Positions 30,931 through 40,082 are shown, counted from the stretch's first letter. The stretch is 64,000 nt of DNA from Candidatus Poribacteria bacterium (GCA_965205025.1 CBDBFU010000028.1:96001-160000); one strand, 5' to 3'. Translations and numbers: made by a program. The notes: generated by a model from the sequence alone, not told the origin.

Positions 30931-33141
30931 ATGGAAGTAAACTATTCTAAACTAATCCAAAAGATCTTAGCTGAAGATGAAACTGCTTTTACAGTATTAG
31001 TCCACAAATTCCAAAAAGGGATTCACGCACTCGCATGGAAGAAAATAGGGGATTATCAGATAGCCGAAGAGATAACTCAAGTTTTACCATGGGGTATTGT
31101 TGCCACATCTACAATTATTATGATTCTGTTATTTGGCATAGGTAATCAACTCATCAGTCCATATCAGAACCCATATAATGTTGAAGCACAATCTGAGTCG
31201 TCAATTGAGATTGTTGATGCTACAAGAGTACAAGATATAATACCGCAGCAAAAAGTACAAAATCGAAATGGAAAGAATATTCAGGAAGGTCAAAATCAGA
31301 ATGAAGGTTTATCAGAAAAAGGAGAAAACATGCAGAACGACTCCATAGATGATACTATGCAATGGTACTTACCCAAGAATGCAATTGCGCGTTTTGGTAA
31401 GGGCGGTATAAGAGATATATTGTATTCTTCCGATGGATCAACGTTAGCTGTCGCAGGAAAAATTGGTCTTTGGCTTTACGATACATCCACTTATGAAGCT
31501 ATCGACATGATACCGTCTGAATCTACTGAATTTAATTGCTTAGCTTACAGTGTTGATGGAAATTTCTTTGCAGCAGGCGATAGGCAAGGAACTATACATT
31601 TATTAAATAAAAAGACTGGAGAGAAAATCGAGATAAATGCTCATACAAGTTGGGTGAATGGACTATCCTTCAATCCTAAGGGTACAATCCTGGCAAGTGC
31701 TGGTCGGGATTTTCTTCTTCAACTTTGGGATGTTAACACCGGTAAACAAATAAAAACTCTAAAAGAAACAAACTCAGAAATTCAATGTATTACCTTTAGT
31801 CCAGATGGCAACACTTTGGCAAGTGGAGAGGGTAATGTTATTCGTTTCTTCGATATCCATAGTGGCAATGAAAAACCCCTTAATGCTCACACCAGCTGGG
31901 TTGATGATTTAGCTTACAGTCCTGATGGAAAATCAATACTAAGCATCAGTGATGATAACCAAATTTTTCTTTGGGATGTCAATACACTTCAAAAGAAGAT
32001 ATTCGATGGACCAACAGAAGGCTACCCTACATCTGTGGATTTTAATCCAGATGGGAGGATTATCGCATCCGGAGGAATGGATAATAAGGTTCATTTATGG
32101 CATGCACCTACAGGTGAATACATTACAGCGTTTTCTGGTCACACATGGTATATCGTGAGTGTTGTGTTTAGTCCGGATGGAAAATCTATAGCAAGTGCTG
32201 CAGAAGATGGTACAATACGATTTTGGGATGTAGAAACGGGGACACTGAAGAACTCACTCACTGGACACCACAATATCTATTCAGTTGCATTCTATCCGAA
32301 TGGTACTCAATTAATAAGTGCTAATGAAGATGGAACACTAAATGTTTGGAGTATTAAATCCAGAAGTCTTGTGAGGAGCATTACAAGTGAATATGAGGAG
32401 TTAAATAGAGTTGTTTTTAATGAAAATGGTGATATTATTGCTTGTGGTATTGAAGAAATCGTAATCATAAATAAAGATAATCCGGAACAACAGAGAGTAC
32501 TCTCAAAAATTAAAAAAGGTCTTCGCAGTTTGGAAATTACATCAGATGGAAAAACCTATGCAGCTGTTCATGAAAACAAGAATATTTATCTATTGAATTC
32601 AAAAACAGGCAAACTCAAGAATACACTATCTGGTCATACTGATTATATCTATAGTACTGCATTCAATCCCGATAATACTCTATTAGCAAGTTGTAGTTAT
32701 GATAATACTGTCAGACTTTGGGATGTTGAAGCCGGAAAGCAAAAGAGGATTCTCATGGGACATAAAACACGGGTTAAGACCGTTACGTTTAGTCCTGACG
32801 GGAAAACACTTGCAGGTGGAGATGGTGATAAGAACAGTGATAAGAACATATATCTGTGGGATATTAATACTGGTGAGATAAAGATAACACTTATCGGTCA
32901 TTCGGAGTGGGTCTCCTGTTTAGCTTACAGTCCTAATGGTAATATAATCGCAAGTGCTGGTAGGGACAAGATAATCAATCTGTGGAATCCTATTACTGGG
33001 GAGAAACTTAAAACTCTTTCTGGACATACTGCTTGGATTAGAGATATTGCATTTAGTCCTGATGGTGGAATATTAGCAAGTACAGGTGATGATGGAACAG
33101 TACTTCTTTGGGAAATAAATTATTCAGAACTGATACCATAA
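30931..33141 (+). CDS. Membrane-anchored WD40 protein; sigma-deleted tandem copy of 33240..35945
   Basis: First 50 aa match the neighbouring sigma fusion, then the sequence jumps in frame to the TM helix. Confidence 0.85.
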   Translation: MEVNYSKLIQKILAEDETAFTVLVHKFQKGIHALAWKKIGDYQIAEEITQVLPWGIVATSTIIMILLFGIGNQLISPYQNPYNVEAQSESSIEIVDATRVQDIIPQQKVQNRNGKNIQEGQNQNEGLSEKGENMQNDSIDDTMQWYLPKNAIARFGKGGIRDILYSSDGSTLAVAGKIGLWLYDTSTYEAIDMIPSESTEFNCLAYSVDGNFFAAGDRQGTIHLLNKKTGEKIEINAHTSWVNGLSFNPKGTILASAGRDFLLQLWDVNTGKQIKTLKETNSEIQCITFSPDGNTLASGEGNVIRFFDIHSGNEKPLNAHTSWVDDLAYSPDGKSILSISDDNQIFLWDVNTLQKKIFDGPTEGYPTSVDFNPDGRIIASGGMDNKVHLWHAPTGEYITAFSGHTWYIVSVVFSPDGKSIASAAEDGTIRFWDVETGTLKNSLTGHHNIYSVAFYPNGTQLISANEDGTLNVWSIKSRSLVRSITSEYEELNRVVFNENGDIIACGIEEIVIINKDNPEQQRVLSKIKKGLRSLEITSDGKTYAAVHENKNIYLLNSKTGKLKNTLSGHTDYIYSTAFNPDNTLLASCSYDNTVRLWDVEAGKQKRILMGHKTRVKTVTFSPDGKTLAGGDGDKNSDKNIYLWDINTGEIKITLIGHSEWVSCLAYSPNGNIIASAGRDKIINLWNPITGEKLKTLSGHTAWIRDIAFSPDGGILASTGDDGTVLLWEINYSELIP

Positions 33142-33163
33142 GAACTATGAATCAACTGCACCT

Positions 33164-33210
33164 TTATGACACTCTTGCAACCCACCAATCACAAAAAAGC
33201 GTCACCCAAT
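33164..33210 (+). promoter_or_regulatory. Putative ECF sigma promoter
   Basis: TTATGAC..TGCAAC(33176)-N17-GCGTC(33199). Confidence 0.65.
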
Positions 33211-33239
33211 TGTAACACCTATATTATGCCGAGGTAAAA

Positions 33240-35945
33240 ATGGAAGTAAACTATTCTAAACTAATCCAAAAGATCTTAGCTGGGGATGAAACTGCTTTTA
33301 CAGTATTAGTCCACAAATTCCAAAAAAGTATTCATGCACTCGCATGGAAGAAAATAGGGGATTATCAGATAGCCGAAGAGATAACTCAAGACACATTCCT
33401 AAAGGCATACAAAAAACTTGATACACTAAAGAATCCAGATCAATTCCCGGGTTGGTTATATGTAATTGCAAACCGACATTGTAATTCATGGTTAAGAAAC
33501 CAATCTAAAAGGAAACAATCCCTTGAAATCACTGATGAAATAATAGAAGAAACCTCATATTCAAAATATATTAGTGATGAAAAAGAATATGAAGCAATTG
33601 AGCACAGACGACATATAGTACAAAAACTTATGGAAAAACTACCTGAGAGTGAACGTACAGTTATGGTTCTTCACTATCTGGGAGAAATGAGTTGTGAAGC
33701 AATTAGCAGATTCTTAGGTGTATCACCGAACACTGTAAAAAGTAGACTTACCCGGGCAAGGAATCGTTTAAAGTATGAAGAAACACTATTTCAGGATACC
33801 TTTGGAAGTGTTCAACTATCTCATAATCTTTCTGAAACAATCAGTAAACAGATTGAGAAGATAAGCCATAATACACCTAACCATTTCAAACCTTTACCAT
33901 GGGGTATTGTCGCCACATCTACAATTATTATGATTCTGTTGTTTGGCATAGGTAATCAGCTCATCAGTCCATATCAGAATCCATATAATGTTGAAGCACA
34001 ATCTGAGTCGTCAATAGAGATTGTTGATGCTCCAAGAGTACAAGATATACTACCGCAGCCAAAGGTACAAAATCGAAATGGAAAGAATATTCAGGAAGGT
34101 CAAAATCAGAATGAAGGTTTATCGGAAGAGGGAGAAAACATGCAGAACGACTCCATAGATGATACTATGCAATGGAACTTACCCAAGGATGCAATAGCGC
34201 GTTTTGGTAAGGGTGGTATAAGAGATATATTGTATACGCCAGATGGATCAACGTTAGTTGTCGCAGGAAAAATTGGTCTTTGGCTTTACGATACATCCAC
34301 TTATGAAGTAATAGATATGATACCGTTAGAATCTACTGAATTTAATTGCTTAGCTTACAGTGCTGATGGAAATCTCTTTGCAGCAGGCGATAGGCTGGGA
34401 ACTATACATTTAACAAATAAAGAGACAGGGAATAAAACTGAGATAAATGCTCATACCAGTTGGGTGAATGGACTATCCTTCAATCCTGATGGTACAATCC
34501 TGGCAAGTGCTGGCCGTGACTTTATTATTCAACTTTGGGATGTTAAAACCGGTAAACATATAAAAACTCTCAAAGAAACGAAATCAGAAATTCAATGTAT
34601 TACCTTTAGTCCAGATGGCAACACTTTGGCAAGTGGAGAGGATAATGTTATTCGTTTCTTCGATATCCATAGTGGCAATGAAAAATCCCTTAATGCACAT
34701 TCCAGCTGGGTTGATGATTTATCTTACAGTCCTGATGGAAAATCAATACTTAGTATCAGTGATGATAACTCTATTTTTCTTTGGGATGTCAATACACATG
34801 AAAATATGATGATATTTGCTGGACCAGTTGAAGGTTATCTTACATCTGTGGATTTTAATCCAGATGGAAGGATTATAGCATCTGGAGGGATGGATAATAA
34901 GGTTCATTTATGGCATGGACCTACAGGTGAATACATTACAGCGTTTTCTGGTCACACATCATATATCACCAGTGTTGTGTTTAGTCCGGATGGAAAATCT
35001 GTAGCAAGTGCTGCAGAAGATGGTACAATACGATTTTGGGATGTAGAAACGGCGACACTGAAGAACTCACTCACTGGACACATAGACAATATCTATTCAG
35101 TTACATTCTTTCCCAATGGTACACAATTAATAAGTGGGAATGCTGATGGAACACTAAATGTTTGGAATATAAAATCCAAAAGTCTTGTGAAGAGCATTAC
35201 GAGTGATTATAAAGAGTTAGATAGAGTTATTTTTAATGAAAATGGTGATATTATTGCTTGTGGTACAGAAGAAATCGTAATCATAAATAAAGATAATCCG
35301 GAACAACAGAGAGTACTCTCAAAAATTAAAAAAGGTCTTCACAGTTTTGAAATTACATCAGATGGAAAAACCTATGCGACTGGTCATGAAGACAAGAATA
35401 TTTATCTCTGGGATTCAAAAACAGGTAAACTCAAGAATACACTATCTGGTCATACTGATTATGTCTATAGTACTGCATTCAATCCCGATAATACCCTATT
35501 AGCAAGTGGTAATGATGATAATACTGTCAGACTTTGGGATGTTGAATCTGGAAAGGAAAAGATGATTCTCACGGGACATACAAAAGGGGTTAAGACTGTT
35601 ACGTTTAGTCCTGACGGGAAAACACTTGCAAGTGGAGATGGTAATAAGAACATATTTCTTTGGGATATTAATACTGGTGAGAAAAAGATGACACTCATCG
35701 GTCATTCGGAGTGGGTGCACTGTTTAGCTTACAGTCCAAATGGTAATATACTCGCAAGTGCTGGTATTGACAAGGGAATCAATCTGTGGAATCCTATTAC
35801 TGGGGAAAAACTTAAAACGCTTTCTGGGCATACTGCTTGGATTAGAGATATTGCATTTAGTCCTGATGGTGGAATATTAGCAAGTACAGGTGATGATGGA
35901 ACAGTACTTCTTTGGGAAATAAATTATTCAGAACTGATACCATAA
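33240..35945 (+). CDS. ECF sigma-70 factor - TM helix - WD40 propellers
   Basis: IAEEITQDTFLKAY, FPGWLYVIA, GVSPNTVKSRLTRAR; TM LPWGIVATSTIIMILLFGIG; about 14 WD blades. Confidence 0.92.
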   Translation: MEVNYSKLIQKILAGDETAFTVLVHKFQKSIHALAWKKIGDYQIAEEITQDTFLKAYKKLDTLKNPDQFPGWLYVIANRHCNSWLRNQSKRKQSLEITDEIIEETSYSKYISDEKEYEAIEHRRHIVQKLMEKLPESERTVMVLHYLGEMSCEAISRFLGVSPNTVKSRLTRARNRLKYEETLFQDTFGSVQLSHNLSETISKQIEKISHNTPNHFKPLPWGIVATSTIIMILLFGIGNQLISPYQNPYNVEAQSESSIEIVDAPRVQDILPQPKVQNRNGKNIQEGQNQNEGLSEEGENMQNDSIDDTMQWNLPKDAIARFGKGGIRDILYTPDGSTLVVAGKIGLWLYDTSTYEVIDMIPLESTEFNCLAYSADGNLFAAGDRLGTIHLTNKETGNKTEINAHTSWVNGLSFNPDGTILASAGRDFIIQLWDVKTGKHIKTLKETKSEIQCITFSPDGNTLASGEDNVIRFFDIHSGNEKSLNAHSSWVDDLSYSPDGKSILSISDDNSIFLWDVNTHENMMIFAGPVEGYLTSVDFNPDGRIIASGGMDNKVHLWHGPTGEYITAFSGHTSYITSVVFSPDGKSVASAAEDGTIRFWDVETATLKNSLTGHIDNIYSVTFFPNGTQLISGNADGTLNVWNIKSKSLVKSITSDYKELDRVIFNENGDIIACGTEEIVIINKDNPEQQRVLSKIKKGLHSFEITSDGKTYATGHEDKNIYLWDSKTGKLKNTLSGHTDYVYSTAFNPDNTLLASGNDDNTVRLWDVESGKEKMILTGHTKGVKTVTFSPDGKTLASGDGNKNIFLWDINTGEKKMTLIGHSEWVHCLAYSPNGNILASAGIDKGINLWNPITGEKLKTLSGHTAWIRDIAFSPDGGILASTGDDGTVLLWEINYSELIP

Positions 35946-36425
35946 TCGCTACTTATACTTTCTAAATAAAAAAATAAATGAAGAAAACATAAACATCTAA
36001 CAACTAACACATATATATCACAATAACATAAAATAAATTAAATATATTTGTCAAAATATAAAAAAATGTTATAATACTATATCGTTCACTAATCATAAAC
36101 TAATGCTAACACATTACTTGGAAGATACGAAATATTGTTTATGCCGTGAAAGTGTAACTATTTTCTAATTATTTAGGCTTCTAAACTTTATGCCAAATTC
36201 AACTAAATCCACTATCTGGGAAATAGGAAAATCCATGTTAGAAGTACAACGAAAACATTCAGAATTATCACCTTATAAGCAGATACAGAGGAATATCAAT
36301 GCGAATTCAACCGAATATTTTTTTAGTTTTTCTAATTTTAAAATTTTACACCTATTAATCAAATCCTTTGTTATCCTAACCCCCAACAGGGTTTACGGTT
36401 CATTAAAAAATCATTTCTTAAAAAG

Positions 36426-36470
36426 CAACTCGAAAAACTCGAAAAACTTGAAAAACTCAAAAAACTTGAA
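36426..36470. repeat. 9-bp tandem repeat (AAAAACTYG-like, 5 units)
   Basis: CAACTCGAAAAACTCGAAAAACTTGAAAAACTCAAAAAACTTGAAC. Confidence 0.8.
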
Positions 36471-37210
36471 CATAGACCGACTTCAAACAAAACAGACTAT
36501 CATACACACCAGAAAACTACAGTGTATCTCATTACTACGAATCGTCCATACAGATATAATTCTCTTCATAGAATTCGGATTTCCCAGTCCGTTGGTTGAA
36601 AATATAGCAAATGGCACATACAAAGAATCCTCCAAATCTATGATTTATCGAATATATTCTAATACCATGTCAAAATGGAAACACAAAATATTTCACATTC
36701 AAACAATCCAAAATCAATGGATCAAAAGAAGAGTAAAAGATACAAAATTCAACCCAACTTTATAATTGGGGCAAATTCTTGTAACCTTAAAAAAGTGTCT
36801 CTAAACCCAGTTTAGTACTGACGGGAGAGGAGTTTTACCAATGTCACACCATGTGACAAAAAGTGTAACAATTATAAACATATAGAAAATATAAATATAA
36901 CTATTGTGAATATTAAAAACAGCAAATTTACAGTAAAATTACCCTCGGTTCAGTATAATAAATGTGAAAAAAGAACACTATGATTCCGTAATATTCATGC
37001 CAAAAACTTTACACACCCCTTACGTTTGGGTATGTAAAATAATTGTCACTTTTACTTAACACCAATGAAATCTCAAATCCAATTTATCCAGTCTGAATTT
37101 CGAGATTTACAGCTTATTCTTCACTACTATAATTTTGACAATTCTATTTCAGGGTAACTGAGAATCTAATGATAAGTCTATTTTGTCGAGTTTTCTATAT
37201 CAAAAATACC

Positions 37211-37282
37211 GTACTCCAGCGGAGTACTATGTCTATAGAAAACAATATCGGAATAGTCTAGCACTCCAGCGGAGTGCTATGT
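37211..37282. repeat. Tandem REP-like hairpins
   Basis: GTACTCCAGCGGAGTAC-TATGT and GCACTCCAGCGGAGTGC-TATGT with compensatory stem changes. Confidence 0.75.
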
Positions 37283-37343
37283 GCCAATACACTGCGTATG
37301 AAAAACATATAAGTACTTAATACATACTTAAGTTATAGTGTAA

Positions 37344-37505
37344 TTAACGTGTGTGATTCACGGAGAATTGGTCTACTTTAATTATAAACCCTTATAGAAT
37401 AAGGCTTCGTAAAATTGCTCCGTGAAGGTTTCCGTGAAAGTGTAAGCATTTCAAGACGACAAATATTAACAGTTTTTTACAATACACAGTATCCATAGAT
37501 CTAAC
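37344..37505. repeat. Dispersed ~160 bp repeat, copy B
   Basis: Reverse complement of 6647..6806. Confidence 0.8.
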
Positions 37506-37625
37506 ATAACTGGGGTTGAGATGTATGCTAAAGAATGAAACTTGGGATAATCATTGGTATCCAGATGCAATAGCAGCATAATGTTTAGTGACAAAAACTT
37601 TACACACCCCTTACGTTTTATACAC

Positions 37626-37654
37626 TTGCAAATATTAACTTATGCTGCTATAAT
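37626..37654 (+). promoter_or_regulatory. Sigma70-type promoter of ABC operon
   Basis: TTGCAA-N17-TATAAT with TG extended -10. Confidence 0.6.
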
Positions 37655-37732
37655 CGCAACAAAAATTCGTAAAATCCGTGCATTAGAATCTTATTTAATG
37701 TCCGGTACAGATCGAAAGGAGTAGTTATCTAA

Positions 37733-39046
37733 ATGAAACAGTTTTCCATAATTACTTTGCTTATTATATCAGTGGTGATGATATGTATTCCTTTCACTGC
37801 TGAAGCACAAGAGACCTTAACTATTGTTTGGGCAGAATGGGATCCTGCAAACTATTTGCAAGAGTTATCAAAGGATTTTACAGCAGAAACTGGAATAAAT
37901 GTTGATGTTGTACAGATACCGTGGGGTAATTTTCAGGATAAAGTTTTTACAGCATTTGTTGGTAAGAGTAAGTTATACGATATCGTAATTGGGGATAGCC
38001 AATGGCTTGGTAGAAATTCAGTTGGTGGCCATTATATTGATCTCACAGATTGGATCAATGATAACATTGATGTTGATAAGATCTACGGTCCTGCAATGAC
38101 CGCTTTTGCCGAATATCCGAAAGGTAGTAAAAAATACTGGGCACTACCAGCAGAGGTAGATGCAGCAGGATATGTGTATAGAAAAGATCTTTTTGAAGAT
38201 CCAAAAGAGATGAAAGCCTTTTCAGATAAGTATGGATATGACCTGGCACCCCCTAAGACATATTCACAACTACGTGATGTTGCCGAATTCTTTACACGTC
38301 CCGAACAAGATTTATATGGGATAGCGACATGGTACAGTAAAGAATACGATGGAATATCAATGGGATTCCAGCAAGTCATGTGGAGTTTTGGCGCTTCCTA
38401 TGGTGATTCAGAAAAATATAAAGTGGATGGTCATATCAATAGTAAGGATGCCGAAAAAGCTCTCGACTATTACACAGACTTGTTAAAATTTGCACCACCA
38501 GATGCCCCTAATTACTATTGGCAAGAAACGCTTAATGCCTATATTTCTGGAAAAGTGGCTATGGGAATGAACTACTTTGCATTCTTCCCAGGTGTTGTAA
38601 ATAAAGAAACCAATCCTATTTCTCATGACAAGAGTGGCTTCTTCATAGCTCCCGCAGGTCCAAAAGGACACTATATTAGTATTGGTGGACAAGGAATGTC
38701 CATTTCCGAATATTCTGAAAATAAGGATATTGCCAAACAATATATGAAATGGTTTATGCAGAAACCTGTACAGGAAAAATGGGCAAAACTGGGTGGTTTT
38801 ACACCTCACAAAGAAGTTCTTCAATCAGAGACATTTAAGACTGCAACACCATTTAATGAAGCATTTGCTGCAAGTTTCCCTTATCTCCGTGATTTCTGGG
38901 CTGTTCCAGAATATGCAGAGTTATTGGAAGTTTGTCAGACCAACTGGAGTGAAGCTATTTCAAAGATAAAGTCTGCTAAAGAAGCACTGAACACCATTGC
39001 CAGAAAACATGAAGAGATCTTCGAAGATGCGGGGTACTACGATTAG
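37733..39046 (+). CDS. Sugar ABC transporter substrate-binding protein (family 1)
   Basis: Signal peptide; FTAETGINVDV, YVYRKDLF, GKVAMG, GGQGMSI motifs. Confidence 0.92.
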   Translation: MKQFSIITLLIISVVMICIPFTAEAQETLTIVWAEWDPANYLQELSKDFTAETGINVDVVQIPWGNFQDKVFTAFVGKSKLYDIVIGDSQWLGRNSVGGHYIDLTDWINDNIDVDKIYGPAMTAFAEYPKGSKKYWALPAEVDAAGYVYRKDLFEDPKEMKAFSDKYGYDLAPPKTYSQLRDVAEFFTRPEQDLYGIATWYSKEYDGISMGFQQVMWSFGASYGDSEKYKVDGHINSKDAEKALDYYTDLLKFAPPDAPNYYWQETLNAYISGKVAMGMNYFAFFPGVVNKETNPISHDKSGFFIAPAGPKGHYISIGGQGMSISEYSENKDIAKQYMKWFMQKPVQEKWAKLGGFTPHKEVLQSETFKTATPFNEAFAASFPYLRDFWAVPEYAELLEVCQTNWSEAISKIKSAKEALNTIARKHEEIFEDAGYYD

Positions 39047-39107
39047 AAGATATTAGAATAGCAGGCAATATGTACTTACTAAACGAAATAGGGTATAATC
39101 CGATAAT

Positions 39108-39139
39108 TAGGTAGGCGCGCTCTTCGCGCGCACTACCTA
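39108..39139 (+). repeat. Intercistronic hairpin after SBP gene
   Basis: TAGGTAGGCGCG..CGCGCACTACCTA. Confidence 0.6.
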
Positions 39140-39161
39140 TGTTATTGCATAGATTGACTAT

Positions 39162-40064
39162 ATGCAGACCAACCGTTTTACTCGCGGAATGAGCGACTAC
39201 CAACTTAAGATGGCATTCATCATGCCTACGATGATATTGCTCATCTTAATGAATATCTTTCCTCTTCTCTGGTCGCTTTTTCTAAGTTTTCATCGTTATA
39301 AGGCTTCAATGCCTACAGCACCAAAGTATATAGGTGTTCGAAATTATACACGACTCCTCTCGGATCCAGAAGTATGGGGTTATTTTCGTACGACTGCATA
39401 TTTTGTTGTATTGGCTGTGACCGCACAATTTTTTATCGGTTTTGGACTTGCTCTTCTACTAAATCGTAAATTCCCTGCCAAAGGTTTTGTAACAACATTA
39501 CTCCTTCTTCCAATGATGTTGTCTCCAGTAGTAGTGGGTCTTTTCTGGCGATTTATACTGGCATCAGATAATTCTGGTATATTAAACTATTTTCTTGATA
39601 TATTTCTAAAATCACCTATACGATGGACAACGGATCCTAATATAGCAATGATAGCAGTTGTCATTGTTGATACATGGATGTGGTCACCATTTATGATGCT
39701 CATATCACTGGCAGGATTAAGTGCTGTACCAAAATCATTATATGAAGCAGCAGATGTTGACAGGGCATCTGGATGGTTCAAATTTAGAAGGATAACTTTA
39801 CCATTAGTTTCTCCTCTGCTACTCATTGCATTACTGTTTAGGACTATGGACGCATTTAAGATGTTTGATATTGTGTATGTATTGACACGTGAAGGGGGAC
39901 CAGGAACTGTAACTGAGACTGTTTCAATGAATCTTTATAAATTGGCATTTCGTAATTTCAACACTGGAAAAGCCTGTGCAATGGCTTATATTCTGCTTAT
40001 CATCATTGTCGCTCTGAGTAATATCTATGTGAAATACCTAAATAAAGTTAAGGCAGATGCATAA
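39162..40064 (+). CDS. Sugar ABC transporter permease (MalF/UgpA-like)
   Basis: Six TM segments; EAA loop LYEAADVDRAS..FRRITLPL. Confidence 0.92.
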   Translation: MQTNRFTRGMSDYQLKMAFIMPTMILLILMNIFPLLWSLFLSFHRYKASMPTAPKYIGVRNYTRLLSDPEVWGYFRTTAYFVVLAVTAQFFIGFGLALLLNRKFPAKGFVTTLLLLPMMLSPVVVGLFWRFILASDNSGILNYFLDIFLKSPIRWTTDPNIAMIAVVIVDTWMWSPFMMLISLAGLSAVPKSLYEAADVDRASGWFKFRRITLPLVSPLLLIALLFRTMDAFKMFDIVYVLTREGGPGTVTETVSMNLYKLAFRNFNTGKACAMAYILLIIIVALSNIYVKYLNKVKADA

Positions 40065-40082
40065 CCAAAGGTCAACACTGGA

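Larger units (their letters stand above)
37000..37619. repeat. 27-bp direct repeat pair (37000 and 37593)
   Basis: CAAAAACTTTACACACCCCTTACGTTT occurs twice. Confidence 0.8.

Noticed and set aside
13070-35720. Long antisense ORFs over WD40 genes (e.g. 13937..14560, 15321..16199, 18132..18800)
   Set aside because: Shadow frames: LPLASVFPSGLNA is simply the reverse-complement reading of AFSPDGKTLASG; no RBS or independent homology.
36190-36765. 191-aa ORF
   Set aside because: No RBS or recognisable domain; composition reflects AT-rich DNA and it runs through a 9-bp tandem repeat; treated as spurious.
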